Assembly: GCA_016183235.1 (NCBI GenBank)
Contig: JACPFA010000025.1
Location: 4,709-68,708 of the forward strand
Source of the DNA: Deltaproteobacteria bacterium
GTDB lineage: Bacteria; UBA10199; DSSB01; JACPFA01
Direction of reading: 5' to 3'
Length of the DNA stretch: 64,000 nt
Under the pieces are notes generated by a model, which saw only the letters and a program-made list of their open reading frames with translations, did not search any database and was not told the origin of the DNA. A program made the position numbers and the translations under genes. Every line of letters begins with the position of its first letter. The stretch's first letter is position 1. This document shows, piece after piece, positions 10,189 to 18,323 of this stretch.

Positions 10189-10243
10189 TGCAAGTTTTGT
10201 TGCTTGTGACAAAGGACGCTTTGGTTTGAAACTGACCAGAGAA

Positions 10244-10295
10244 TTGCCCCTAACAAATGCTAATGGGGACTTACAATAGGAATTTTTATTTCAAA
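10244..10295. repeat. 52-bp direct repeat, copy 1 (partner at 11717..11768)
   Basis: TTGCCCCTAACAAATGCTAATGGGGACTTACAATAGGAATTTTTATTTCAAA. Differs at 1 of 52 positions from copy 2. Confidence 0.9.
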
Positions 10296-10297
10296 AT

Positions 10298-10681
10298 TTA
10301 ATTTTGAGTTTTTAAGTAATTGCAAATCGCCTCAACAAATTTTTTGGCTTCTTTTAAAAGATTTTGTGCTTCTTCTTTTGGAAATGGATCTAAAAAAGCA
10401 TAGTCTGCGTCTTGTCGGTCATCAAAGGCGTGATGAAAGGCTTCATGAAGCCGCTGGGGGAAGATTTTTGTAGCAATGAAATGGTGATAAAAACCACTCA
10501 AAACACCCGAATGTTTCGAATAAGTTTTACCTTTTTCTAAGAGGATTCCTTCTGCTGCATAAAACATGGCATAATAACTACGTGAGGCACAAAAGTCATA
10601 ATCACCTTTTTCAAAATGCATTTCAGCTGCTATTAAAGAACGATTTGCTTTATCGATTAATAGATTAACTTCTGGCTTCAT
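10298..10681 (-). CDS. HEPN domain protein (toxin of a HEPN/MNT pair)
   Basis: 127 aa with typical HEPN pattern (RSYYAMFYAAEGILL..KHSGV..DDRQDADY). ATGA 4-nt overlap with the upstream nucleotidyltransferase gene. Confidence 0.85.
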   Translation of the reverse strand: MKPEVNLLIDKANRSLIAAEMHFEKGDYDFCASRSYYAMFYAAEGILLEKGKTYSKHSGVLSGFYHHFIATKIFPQRLHEAFHHAFDDRQDADYAFLDPFPKEEAQNLLKEAKKFVEAICNYLKTQN

Positions 10682-11220
10682 GCGGCTTGTTTGCCTTCTT
10701 CTCGAATGCGAATAAATAAAGGATCCTTGCGATGAAGAAAGTCTGATTCGCTTGCTAAGCCTACAGAAATTACCACAGGAATATTAGCCCCGAAGGAAAC
10801 AGCATAAGCTATTTTTTCAATTACACGTTTTTCTTTCCATTTATCTTTGAGTTTTTTTAGAACCACAAAGGTGTCAAGGTCGGATTCTTTGTGGGCCTCT
10901 CCTCTTGCCCAAGAACCATAAATATACAGTGCGACGAATTGATCTTTATAATGAAATTTTAATTTTTTCTGAAAAGATTGCACCAATGCCAAATAGGATT
11001 GGGGCAAATTCATTTTTTTAGCAGAGATCTTTTGGTTTTGAATCCAAGTATTAAATTCTTCACGTGGTATTCGTACACTACTGCCAATACGAATAGCAGG
11101 AAGGTTTTCTTGTTGGATGACTTTGTAAATCATTTCAGGACTTAATCGAAGATACTTGGCAACCTCTTGAACTGTTAACCAGTCATTGCGTATTTTATTT
11201 GTCATATAAGACATATACAC
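10678..11220 (-). CDS. minimal nucleotidyltransferase (MNT antitoxin) fused to an N-terminal excisionase-type HTH
   Basis: NTase motif YIYGSWARGEAHKESDLDTFVV. The N-terminus LTVQEVAKYLRLSPEMIYKVIQQENLPAIRIGSSVRIPREEFNTWI resembles HTH_17/excisionase DNA-binding domains. Confidence 0.85.
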   Translation of the reverse strand: MYMSYMTNKIRNDWLTVQEVAKYLRLSPEMIYKVIQQENLPAIRIGSSVRIPREEFNTWIQNQKISAKKMNLPQSYLALVQSFQKKLKFHYKDQFVALYIYGSWARGEAHKESDLDTFVVLKKLKDKWKEKRVIEKIAYAVSFGANIPVVISVGLASESDFLHRKDPLFIRIREEGKQAA

Positions 11221-11620
11221 TTTATTTATTATTAAATCAATATTAATACTTATATATTTATCATTTTCTTGAATCCTTCATGAGGTAGTTTTTAAAATTT
11301 GGCTGGTGCCAAATTTTTACGTTCCTGGCTGGAAGATTTTTGAACTAGGTGTACTGGATTACATTGACGCGTAATGAACTAGCCTTAGGGGATGGATTGG
11401 TTTCCATATTACTCTAATAGAGCAATCAGCATGCCATTTCCCCATACAGAAGAAATTCAACTAGTTATCGAATAATCTAACTCCCAATGATGTCCGATTT
11501 GTAGATCCTGTGACCTGTTTTGATTCCTTCGTCATGGGTTATTTTCGAACCCACTTTTAAACACTAAGCCCCCGTAATTCGTTGACGTTTTTCGTTCTTC
11601 GGGTCCGCCTAAGGCGGATG

Positions 11621-11694
11621 TGCGCCTGGCAAGATTCGAACTTGCGACCCCTTGCTTCGTAGGCAAGTGCTCTAATCCACTGAGCTACAGGCGC
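11621..11694 (-). tRNA. tRNA-Arg (anticodon ACG)
   Basis: 74-nt cloverleaf read by hand: acceptor GCGCCTG/CAGGCGC, anticodon arm CTTGC-CTACGAA-GCAAG, T arm GCAAG-TTCGAAT-CTTGC. CCA is not encoded. Confidence 0.9.
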
Positions 11695-11716
11695 TTATGG
11701 TCAAAGAACCAAAGTG

Positions 11717-11768
11717 TTGCCTCTAACAAATGCTAATGGGGACTTACAATAGGAATTTTTATTTCAAA
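11717..11768. repeat. 52-bp direct repeat, copy 2
   Basis: TTGCCTCTAACAAATGCTAATGGGGACTTACAATAGGAATTTTTATTTCAAA. Lies 22 nt beyond the 5' end of tRNA-Arg and 13 nt before the stop of the next gene. Confidence 0.9.
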
Positions 11769-11781
11769 TAATAATGAATGT

Positions 11782-12324
11782 TTATAAATTTGGGCAGCCC
11801 TGTTTGGGCAAGATATAAATCGCATTGTATCGACAATGGCCACCTGAAGCAACGGAGTCGCCGAGGTTACATTCATTGCTGACAATGACCCATTGCTGAA
11901 ATTTTGGGTTAAAATACACCCTATGGACGGTCTTAACACCGGTAAGATAAGGATCTTTCGGCAATGCCACGGCCTTTGAAAAATCGCACTGCTTGGCAAA
12001 CCCTTTTGCAGTAGTGTTTTTGGGAAGTTGAGTTTTGTTTCGAAGGTTATGAAGTAGAGTTTGATATTCTTTCTTCTTGCCTGGAGCATCAACCCAATCG
12101 AAAGCTTGAATCAAGCTCCACTGACGTTCTTCAAAATTAAAAACTTGGACAGCATTTCCAGGGGAACATTCTCCAGACTTTTCTTCGTCCCAATACATTT
12201 GTTTCCAATCAGGGGTGAACCCAAGGATGGTTTGGGCTCCAGCACAACTGGTGGTTGCTTCCACTTGTTGGATAGGCAAAAGAAAGAAACTTGGAATTAA
12301 AAAAAAGACGAATATTTTCATCAT
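11782..12324 (-). CDS. secreted Cys-containing hypothetical protein
   Basis: 180 aa with signal peptide MMKIFVFFLIPSFFLLPIQQVEA. The overlapping ORF 11733..12092 is judged spurious. Confidence 0.6.
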   Translation of the reverse strand: MMKIFVFFLIPSFFLLPIQQVEATTSCAGAQTILGFTPDWKQMYWDEEKSGECSPGNAVQVFNFEERQWSLIQAFDWVDAPGKKKEYQTLLHNLRNKTQLPKNTTAKGFAKQCDFSKAVALPKDPYLTGVKTVHRVYFNPKFQQWVIVSNECNLGDSVASGGHCRYNAIYILPKQGCPNL

Positions 12325-12347
12325 TTGATAAAACCAATAAATAACTG

Positions 12348-12438
12348 CGGAGAGGGAGGGATTTGAACCCTCGGTAGGGATTTAAGCCCCTACGACGGTT
12401 TAGCAAACCGTTGCCTTAAGCCACTCGGCCACCTCTCC
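12348..12438 (-). tRNA. tRNA-Ser (anticodon GCU)
   Basis: 91 nt: acceptor GGAGAGG/CCTCTCC, anticodon arm ACGGT-TTGCTAA-ACCGT, long variable arm GTAGGGGCTTAAATCCCTAC, T loop GGTTCAAATCC. Confidence 0.9.
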
Positions 12439-12586
12439 AAAAATTTTCGCCAGAAAATTTTTCCTCTATTTTCTCATGCTATTTTCCAATGCGAAAATTT
12501 TAGAAAATGGCATTAGAAAATTGAAAATAGAGAAACAGGGGTCTAGCAAAATGCTACTTGCACCACAATGCAAAATTTTTAGGCAT

Positions 12587-13144
12587 TTAATCGGCGCCTT
12601 GACTGCAAACATACACAAAGGCCGGAGGGGTGTTGAGGGGGGTGAATTTTATTTTTACTTGGGGAAAGAAGGATTTTAATAAACGATGGGAAGTTCTGGA
12701 GTATTGAAATTGAATAAATTTGCCCGATTCTTTTAAGCAGGCCAATACAGCGTGTAAAATTTGTTCGTTGAGTTCTTTCTTAAAAACCGCCAGCGGCAAG
12801 CCTGATAAAATATAGTCAGCCTTTTTACCATTGAGGTATTTTTTAATTTGATCAGCGGAATCATGAATAATGCGTAAACGTTGATCTTGGATTTTTTCGA
12901 GGGCCTTGCAAAATTTGGGGTTCATTTCAACGACCCATAGTTTGGCTTGCGGCCCTAGCCTTTTTAAAAGAGCCTTGGTGAAGGGCCCGGTGCCAGGGCC
13001 AAATTCGATAATCAGTTGGGTTGAATCAAAATCAACGGCCTCCAGCATTTTGCGGGTCAAAAAGCGAGAACTAGGAATAATCGAACCGGTGCCCCGCCAA
13101 TTCTTTAAGAATTCAATAAAAAATTTCCGTTTGCTCATAAGCAA
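12587..13144 (-). CDS. class I SAM-dependent methyltransferase (phospholipid N-methyltransferase-like)
   Basis: 185 aa with SAM motif I IIEFGPGTGPFTKALL and N-terminal SIIPSSRFL pattern. Confidence 0.75.
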   Translation of the reverse strand: MLMSKRKFFIEFLKNWRGTGSIIPSSRFLTRKMLEAVDFDSTQLIIEFGPGTGPFTKALLKRLGPQAKLWVVEMNPKFCKALEKIQDQRLRIIHDSADQIKKYLNGKKADYILSGLPLAVFKKELNEQILHAVLACLKESGKFIQFQYSRTSHRLLKSFFPQVKIKFTPLNTPPAFVYVCSQGAD

Positions 13145-13173
13145 TTAAGAGCTAAACGATTCTTGTTCAATGG

Positions 13174-13542
13174 TCAAACGGGGAGTTGCTTTGATTTTTG
13201 GAAGAGCGGTTGAGTGTCTTTTACTAAGAGTCCCACCAGGCTTAAAATCCCCAGGGGCATACAAATGCTAAAGACATTTAAACCTGAAATGATAATGCCA
13301 CAAACCCAAGCCCAAAACTTATATTTTTTTAAACCCCAAATAGTGAGTTCATTAAATGCAGCCCAGATCAGAGACAGCACGACGAATCCAACGCATACAA
13401 TCGTGCCAGCAATGAGGTCGGTTTGATTTTTTTCCTGGGTTACTACGTAGATCAATGTAAATCCAAAAAATACGGAAAATAATGCATAACATGCTGCATT
13501 AATGTGAAAAACAATAACAGCGATTTTAAGTCCCTTGGGCAT
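13174..13542 (-). CDS. small integral membrane protein
   Basis: 122 aa with four hydrophobic spans. Overlaps the PAP2 gene end by 17 nt. Confidence 0.6.
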   Translation of the reverse strand: MPKGLKIAVIVFHINAACYALFSVFFGFTLIYVVTQEKNQTDLIAGTIVCVGFVVLSLIWAAFNELTIWGLKKYKFWAWVCGIIISGLNVFSICMPLGILSLVGLLVKDTQPLFQKSKQLPV

Positions 13543-14176
13543 ACCCCGTCCTCCTTACTTGAGGGTTGGACAACCGTTTTGCAAAAAAGTTAAACGCTAA
13601 AGCCAACATTAAGGTAGTCCACAACATGCCCATTAATACATCGCTTAAATAATGAACACCTAAATACATGCGGGATAAACTAATGGCGAAAATAATCGTG
13701 ATTCCAAATATAAAACCGACGCAGCGTATCCCAACGTTTTTGGTTTTTAGGTAGAGAAAAATCCACAGAGTGCCATAAATTAAGATGGCATTGGCGGCAT
13801 GGCCACTGGGCATGCTGTACGTCTGCAGTTCAAGCATGCCATCAGGTGGGCGCGGGCGCGCTACTAATAATTTGATCCAATAATTCCCAAATTTCATAAG
13901 ATTAAAAAAAACTAAACTCCATATTAAAGCCCTCCAGTTGCGTTTCATAAGGCAAAATAAAATCACTAGAGCTAAAAAAACTAAATAGGTGGCAGTCCCT
14001 CCAAGCTCACTTATGAAACTCATCCATGAAATTCCACCAACGGTGCGAACCGATGTTAAAAATTCATAAAAGATTTGGTCGATTTTTTGAACAACAGCAA
14101 GTTGTGGCAACAACAAACAATTATAGATTGCTACGATGAGTAAGGCGAAGTATTGCTTTTCGCGCACGGTTTTCAT
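13526..14176 (-). CDS. PAP2 family membrane phosphatase
   Basis: PAP2 signature KLLVARPRPP .. PSGHAANA .. SRMYLGVHYLSDV. Confidence 0.85.
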   Translation of the reverse strand: MKTVREKQYFALLIVAIYNCLLLPQLAVVQKIDQIFYEFLTSVRTVGGISWMSFISELGGTATYLVFLALVILFCLMKRNWRALIWSLVFFNLMKFGNYWIKLLVARPRPPDGMLELQTYSMPSGHAANAILIYGTLWIFLYLKTKNVGIRCVGFIFGITIIFAISLSRMYLGVHYLSDVLMGMLWTTLMLALAFNFFAKRLSNPQVRRTGYAQGT

Positions 14177-14997
14177 GAGGCGAATTTTTTTAAAAGTTCA
14201 AGACAAACGGCTTCGGGGGCATTCATCTTGCCAGGCTCTACACTATTATGAAATCCCGTTCCATGATAATCACACCCTAAGGTCACGCCGATGCCATGTT
14301 GGTTGGCCATTCGCGCTAGTTGGCGACGGGTCTTACTTGGGTGGTCGGGATGGTAAACTTCGAGAGCATCTACGCCAAGGGTGATGATTTTTTGCAAGGT
14401 GCTACTTTGTTTGATAAGCCCGGGATGGGCTACCGAGGTGGTGCCGCCTAAGGCATGAATCCATTGGATTATTTTTTCAGCAGAAACCGATTGTCTTTTG
14501 GCATAGCCCGGTTTGCCTTTTTTTAAAAGTTGGTCAAAGGCAGTCTGCACATTCTTGATCACTCCCTTGGCCACCAGGGCTCGGGCTACATGGGGCCGGC
14601 CGGGCGAGGTGTCGTCGGTCATTTGTTGTTGAATGTCTTCTTCAGTAAGGGAGATGCCGATGGCTTGGAGATTTAATAACATTTGTTGCATGCGACGGCG
14701 GCGGTCGTTTTTTAATTCGATTAAAAATTTTTGAAACTCAATATTTTGCCAATCAAAGCTATAACCTAAAACGTGCACTTCTTCATCATCGACGTGTACG
14801 CTCAATTCAATGCCCGGGATGACTTGAATGCCAGCGTGTTGCGCAGCCGCGAAGGTTTCGGCGATTCCAGCCACGGTGTCATGATCGGTAAGACTCATAA
14901 CCTTAACCCCATTTTTTTTGGCTATTTTGACGATGGCTTCGGGTGGGAGCGTGCCATCGGAGTAGGTGCTGTGCATGTGCAGGTCAATAGGGGTCAC
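14173..14997 (-). CDS. PHP domain phosphoesterase (TrpH/YciV-like)
   Basis: IDLHMHSTYSDG..SLTDHDTVAG..VAHP motifs. 4-nt overlap with the downstream gene. Confidence 0.85.
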   Translation of the reverse strand: MTPIDLHMHSTYSDGTLPPEAIVKIAKKNGVKVMSLTDHDTVAGIAETFAAAQHAGIQVIPGIELSVHVDDEEVHVLGYSFDWQNIEFQKFLIELKNDRRRRMQQMLLNLQAIGISLTEEDIQQQMTDDTSPGRPHVARALVAKGVIKNVQTAFDQLLKKGKPGYAKRQSVSAEKIIQWIHALGGTTSVAHPGLIKQSSTLQKIITLGVDALEVYHPDHPSKTRRQLARMANQHGIGVTLGCDYHGTGFHNSVEPGKMNAPEAVCLELLKKFAS

Positions 14998-15005
14998 GTA
15001 TTCTA

Positions 15006-15075
15006 TGTCATTGCGAGCGATAGCGAAGCAATCTTGAATGGAGAGATTGCTTCGGCCTATGGCCTCGCAATGACA
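15006..15075. repeat. SPE type A inverted doublet
   Basis: TGTCATTGCGAGCGATAGCGAAGCAATCTTG aatgg AGAGATTGCTTCGGCCTATGGCCTCGCAATGACA. Confidence 0.9.
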
Positions 15076-15081
15076 AATAAG

Positions 15082-16566
15082 CTACAAATTTAAGATAAAA
15101 CGCACCATCGTGCGAACTAAAAACCCCGTAGCACCTTTACTGCAATAAGCCAGCTCTTTAGAAGTAAAAGAAGGGCCTGCGATATCTAAGTGGGCCCATT
15201 TGGATTTGCCAACAAAATGTTTCAAAAAGAGGGCTCCATTAATTGTGCCGGCATAGGTTCCACCAATATTTTTAATATCAGCCACCGTACTTTTTAATTC
15301 ATCTTCGTATTCGGTTGCGAGCGGTAGTTCCCAGATTTTTTCTCCACAATAATTTCCGGCTTGGATAATTTTTTTAATCAGCTCAGTATCGTTGCCAAGA
15401 ATGCCGGCATATTCTTCGCCTAACGCTACAACACAAGCGCCCGTGAGGGTCGCCATGTCGATTAAGTAATCGGGTTTGCGATCACTGGCATAACTTAAAG
15501 CATCACCCAATACCAATCGCCCTTCGGCATCGGTATTCAGCACTTCAACCGTGGTTCCATTGTGGGCGCGATACACATCGCCTGGGCGTTGAGCAGTACC
15601 ACTGGGCATGTTTTCAGCGGCCGCAAAATAACCCCGCACTTCGATGTTCGGTTTTAATTGGGCGAGTACTTGCATGATGGCAATAACATTGCCTGCCCCC
15701 GACATGTCGTCTTTCATGCCTTCCATGCCTTTGGGTGGTTTGAGCGAAAGCCCACCGCTATCAAAGGTAATTCCCTTGCCCACCAAGGCCACCACTTTTT
15801 TAGAGCGGCCTTGGGGGCGATAAATCATTTCTACAAATACCGGTGGTTGCACCGAACCTTTGCCAACGACCAAAATGCCATTCATTTTCATTTTTTTAAG
15901 TTGAGCTTGGCGAAACACACGCACCCGAACACCTTTTAGGCCGGAGGCAATTTGCGCAAGCTTCAACGGTGGTTTGTCGGCAGCCGGGATATTTCCTAAA
16001 TCACGGGATAAGTAAACGCCTTGGGCCAAAGTTTCACCTATGCGAATCCCTTGGGTAAATTTTTGCACGGAGGTTTTGCCACTTAAAATAAAATGCATAG
16101 CTTCAGGATTGGGCAAGGGATTTTTTTTGGTTTTATAGGTTTTAAATTGATAACTTCCTAACAAGGTTCCTTCGGTTAAAGCCGAGGCCACTTCAGTGTC
16201 AGGAAAAGAAGTCGGGATGAGGCTTAAAGCCGAAGCTATCGTGTGAACATGTAATTTGCGTGCAACTTTTAAAGTGCGGCTGGCTGCCTTGCGAAAACTT
16301 TCTAAAGTTAAACTTTTGGTATCACCCATGCCTAAAATTAAAACATAATCGAAAGGCAAGCGGCCGTGGGAGGTAATCAATTTGCGGCTGCCAAAGCTAC
16401 CTTCAAATTTGGTTTTTTTACAAAGCGCGGTAATGGTGCCGCTTAATTTTGCTTCGACTTGTTTGATTAAGGGATGGGATAACAATTTGCCATCAAGGTA
16501 GGGAAGAACTAAAATGTCTCCCTTCATTTGTTGAAGGGGCTTTGTGGTCGTAAAAATTTTCATCAA
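15082..16566 (-). CDS. pepA: leucyl aminopeptidase (M17)
   Basis: 494 aa with M17 signature NTDAEGRLVLGDAL and VGKGITFDSGG. Confidence 0.9.
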   Translation of the reverse strand: MMKIFTTTKPLQQMKGDILVLPYLDGKLLSHPLIKQVEAKLSGTITALCKKTKFEGSFGSRKLITSHGRLPFDYVLILGMGDTKSLTLESFRKAASRTLKVARKLHVHTIASALSLIPTSFPDTEVASALTEGTLLGSYQFKTYKTKKNPLPNPEAMHFILSGKTSVQKFTQGIRIGETLAQGVYLSRDLGNIPAADKPPLKLAQIASGLKGVRVRVFRQAQLKKMKMNGILVVGKGSVQPPVFVEMIYRPQGRSKKVVALVGKGITFDSGGLSLKPPKGMEGMKDDMSGAGNVIAIMQVLAQLKPNIEVRGYFAAAENMPSGTAQRPGDVYRAHNGTTVEVLNTDAEGRLVLGDALSYASDRKPDYLIDMATLTGACVVALGEEYAGILGNDTELIKKIIQAGNYCGEKIWELPLATEYEDELKSTVADIKNIGGTYAGTINGALFLKHFVGKSKWAHLDIAGPSFTSKELAYCSKGATGFLVRTMVRFILNL

Positions 16567-16627
16567 AAAAGAGCTCCTTTTTATTGTCCTTTTTATTATT
16601 CTAAAATTGTACTAAAGGATCGATCAA

Positions 16628-17401
16628 ATGGCAAAGAATCAATTTGTCACCCTATCCCAAGAAAATTCTATTTTAACCCTTACGCTCAATCGCCCTGAAT
16701 TATTGAACGCTTTGAGTTTAGATTTAGTAAAAGAGTTGGCGGCTTCGTTGAAGCGAGTGGCCAAGCAAAAAGATATTCAAGTTGTGATTCTGAGAGGGGC
16801 TGGGGCAAGCTTTTCAGCCGGCGGCGATCTTAAACACTTTCATCGCCATTTAAAAAAGGCCCGCCAAGATTTTGCAACGGTGAGTGAATATTTAAACCAA
16901 AGTATTTTAACGATGCGGCAAATGCCCCAACCGGTGATTGCTGCCGTCACTGGCCCCGCTTATGCAGCTGGCTTTGGATTGGTGCTAGCTGCTGATTTGG
17001 CGGTTGCCACGGTAAAGGCCACTTTTTCGCCTTCTTTTATTAAAGTGGGTTTAGCTGCCAATGCCTCCACAAGTTTTTATTTGCCCCGTTTGTTGGGGAG
17101 AAAATTAGCTTCTGAAATATTATTTTTAGGAACCAAGTTTAGCGCTTACGAGGCTTTGAAACTTGGTTTCATTAATCGCGTTTGGTTTAAAGAAAAGTTT
17201 GAAGAAGAATTAAAACATTTTGCAGAACAACTGCTAGGCAAACCCAAAACAACTTTAGCCCGGATGAAGACACTATTAGCGCGTAGCTTAGATGCCTCTT
17301 TAGCAGCACAATTAAAATTAGAAAAAAGTCAGATCAGCGCTAGTGCAGGTGAGAAGGCCTTTGCAGAAGGGGTGGCGGCATTTGTCGAAAAACGGAGATA
17401 G
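16628..17401 (+). CDS. enoyl-CoA hydratase/isomerase family protein
   Basis: 257 aa with crotonase motifs GAGASFSAGGDLK and AAVTGPAYAAGFGL. Confidence 0.85.
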   Translation: MAKNQFVTLSQENSILTLTLNRPELLNALSLDLVKELAASLKRVAKQKDIQVVILRGAGASFSAGGDLKHFHRHLKKARQDFATVSEYLNQSILTMRQMPQPVIAAVTGPAYAAGFGLVLAADLAVATVKATFSPSFIKVGLAANASTSFYLPRLLGRKLASEILFLGTKFSAYEALKLGFINRVWFKEKFEEELKHFAEQLLGKPKTTLARMKTLLARSLDASLAAQLKLEKSQISASAGEKAFAEGVAAFVEKRR

Positions 17402-17412
17402 TGCTCGATATT

Positions 17413-17503
17413 ATGGATCCCGGGTCCCCGGCTCGTGGGCCGGGGCAGGCTTACCCGGGATGACGTAATACCGTCATCCCGGACCCTGATCCGGGATCCA
17501 TAT
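17413..17503. repeat. SPE type B inverted doublet (heads inward)
   Basis: ATGGATCCCGGGTCCCCGGCTCGTGGGCCGGGGCAGGCTTACCCGGGATGACG taata CCGTCATCCCGGACCCTGATCCGGGATCCAT. Confidence 0.9.
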
Positions 17504-17520
17504 ATGGTAGAGACAAATTA

Positions 17521-18105
17521 ATGAAAAGATCCTATAAAAAATATTTACATTTCTCGTTGATCGTAGTTGCTTTTTTGTCGGGCTATTTTAGCAACGATCT
17601 TCGTTCTACTCCTCATTCTATTTCGCAAGAACAAATTCATCCGGTGAGTTTGGAGGCAGTTGTCACTCGAGTGGTGGATGGTGATACCGTCGTTTTAGAA
17701 GGTGGGCAAAGGGTGCGGCTGATTGGGGTTGATGCGCCTGAGCTTTTTGATGGTGAAAAACTCGATCGACAAAGTAGAAAATTAAAAATTGCTAAAGGTA
17801 CTCTGATGGGGTTGGGTGAGCGGTCTAAGGGTTTTTTGGTTCAGTTCATACAAGGCAAGCCCGTGCGTTTAGAATTTGACCACGAACTTTGCGATGCCTT
17901 TGGTAGAACTTTGGCCTATCTTTATCTCAAAGTGGGTAGCCAAGAAGTTTTGGTGAACCAACAAATCATTGCCGATGGCTTTGCAACAACTTTGAAAAAG
18001 TATTCTTTTAAGAAACAAGATCAATTTTTAAAGACCGAGCAGCAAGCCCAGCAAGCAAATAAGGGCCTTTGGCAAGAACAAGCGTTTAGAGCGATCAATT
18101 TTTGA
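17521..18105 (+). CDS. membrane-anchored thermonuclease (SNase-like)
   Basis: N-terminal TM helix, then SNase pattern VVDGDTVVLEGGQRVRLIGVDAPE..GRTLAYLY. Confidence 0.85.
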   Translation: MKRSYKKYLHFSLIVVAFLSGYFSNDLRSTPHSISQEQIHPVSLEAVVTRVVDGDTVVLEGGQRVRLIGVDAPELFDGEKLDRQSRKLKIAKGTLMGLGERSKGFLVQFIQGKPVRLEFDHELCDAFGRTLAYLYLKVGSQEVLVNQQIIADGFATTLKKYSFKKQDQFLKTEQQAQQANKGLWQEQAFRAINF

Positions 18106-18323
18106 AGGGTGCAAATCAACCCCTTTAGGGCCAATTTTTTGACGGAGCGTGGTCTTTATTTAATTGGTTATTCATACCTTCCCGTAGCAGTATTAGCCAA
18201 TATTGTATTTAAAAACAAAGAGTTATTGGAATCACCCAACGATTATCTCACCCCTGGCATAGGATTTGCTTATCTCAAGAGTCAACGGACCTTTGGGTCA
18301 TTTCATTTGCATAAGGGGGACAC

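Noticed and set aside
11733-12092. 119-aa ORF overlapping 11782..12324 in another frame
   Set aside because: The longer frame has a convincing signal peptide. The shorter one has none and extends into the 52-bp repeat.
12460-12535. Imperfect inverted repeats (CTATTTTC..GAAAATAG, TTTTCCAATGC..GCATTAGAAAA) upstream of tRNA-Ser
   Set aside because: The sequence is low-complexity and AT-rich, and the pairing is weak. This is not enough to call an element or regulatory site.
11221-12586. Integrase or prophage next to tRNA-Arg and tRNA-Ser
   Set aside because: There is no ORF of 60 codons or more in 11221-11620 and no recombinase motifs in neighbouring ORFs. Only the 52-bp direct repeat hints at past integration.
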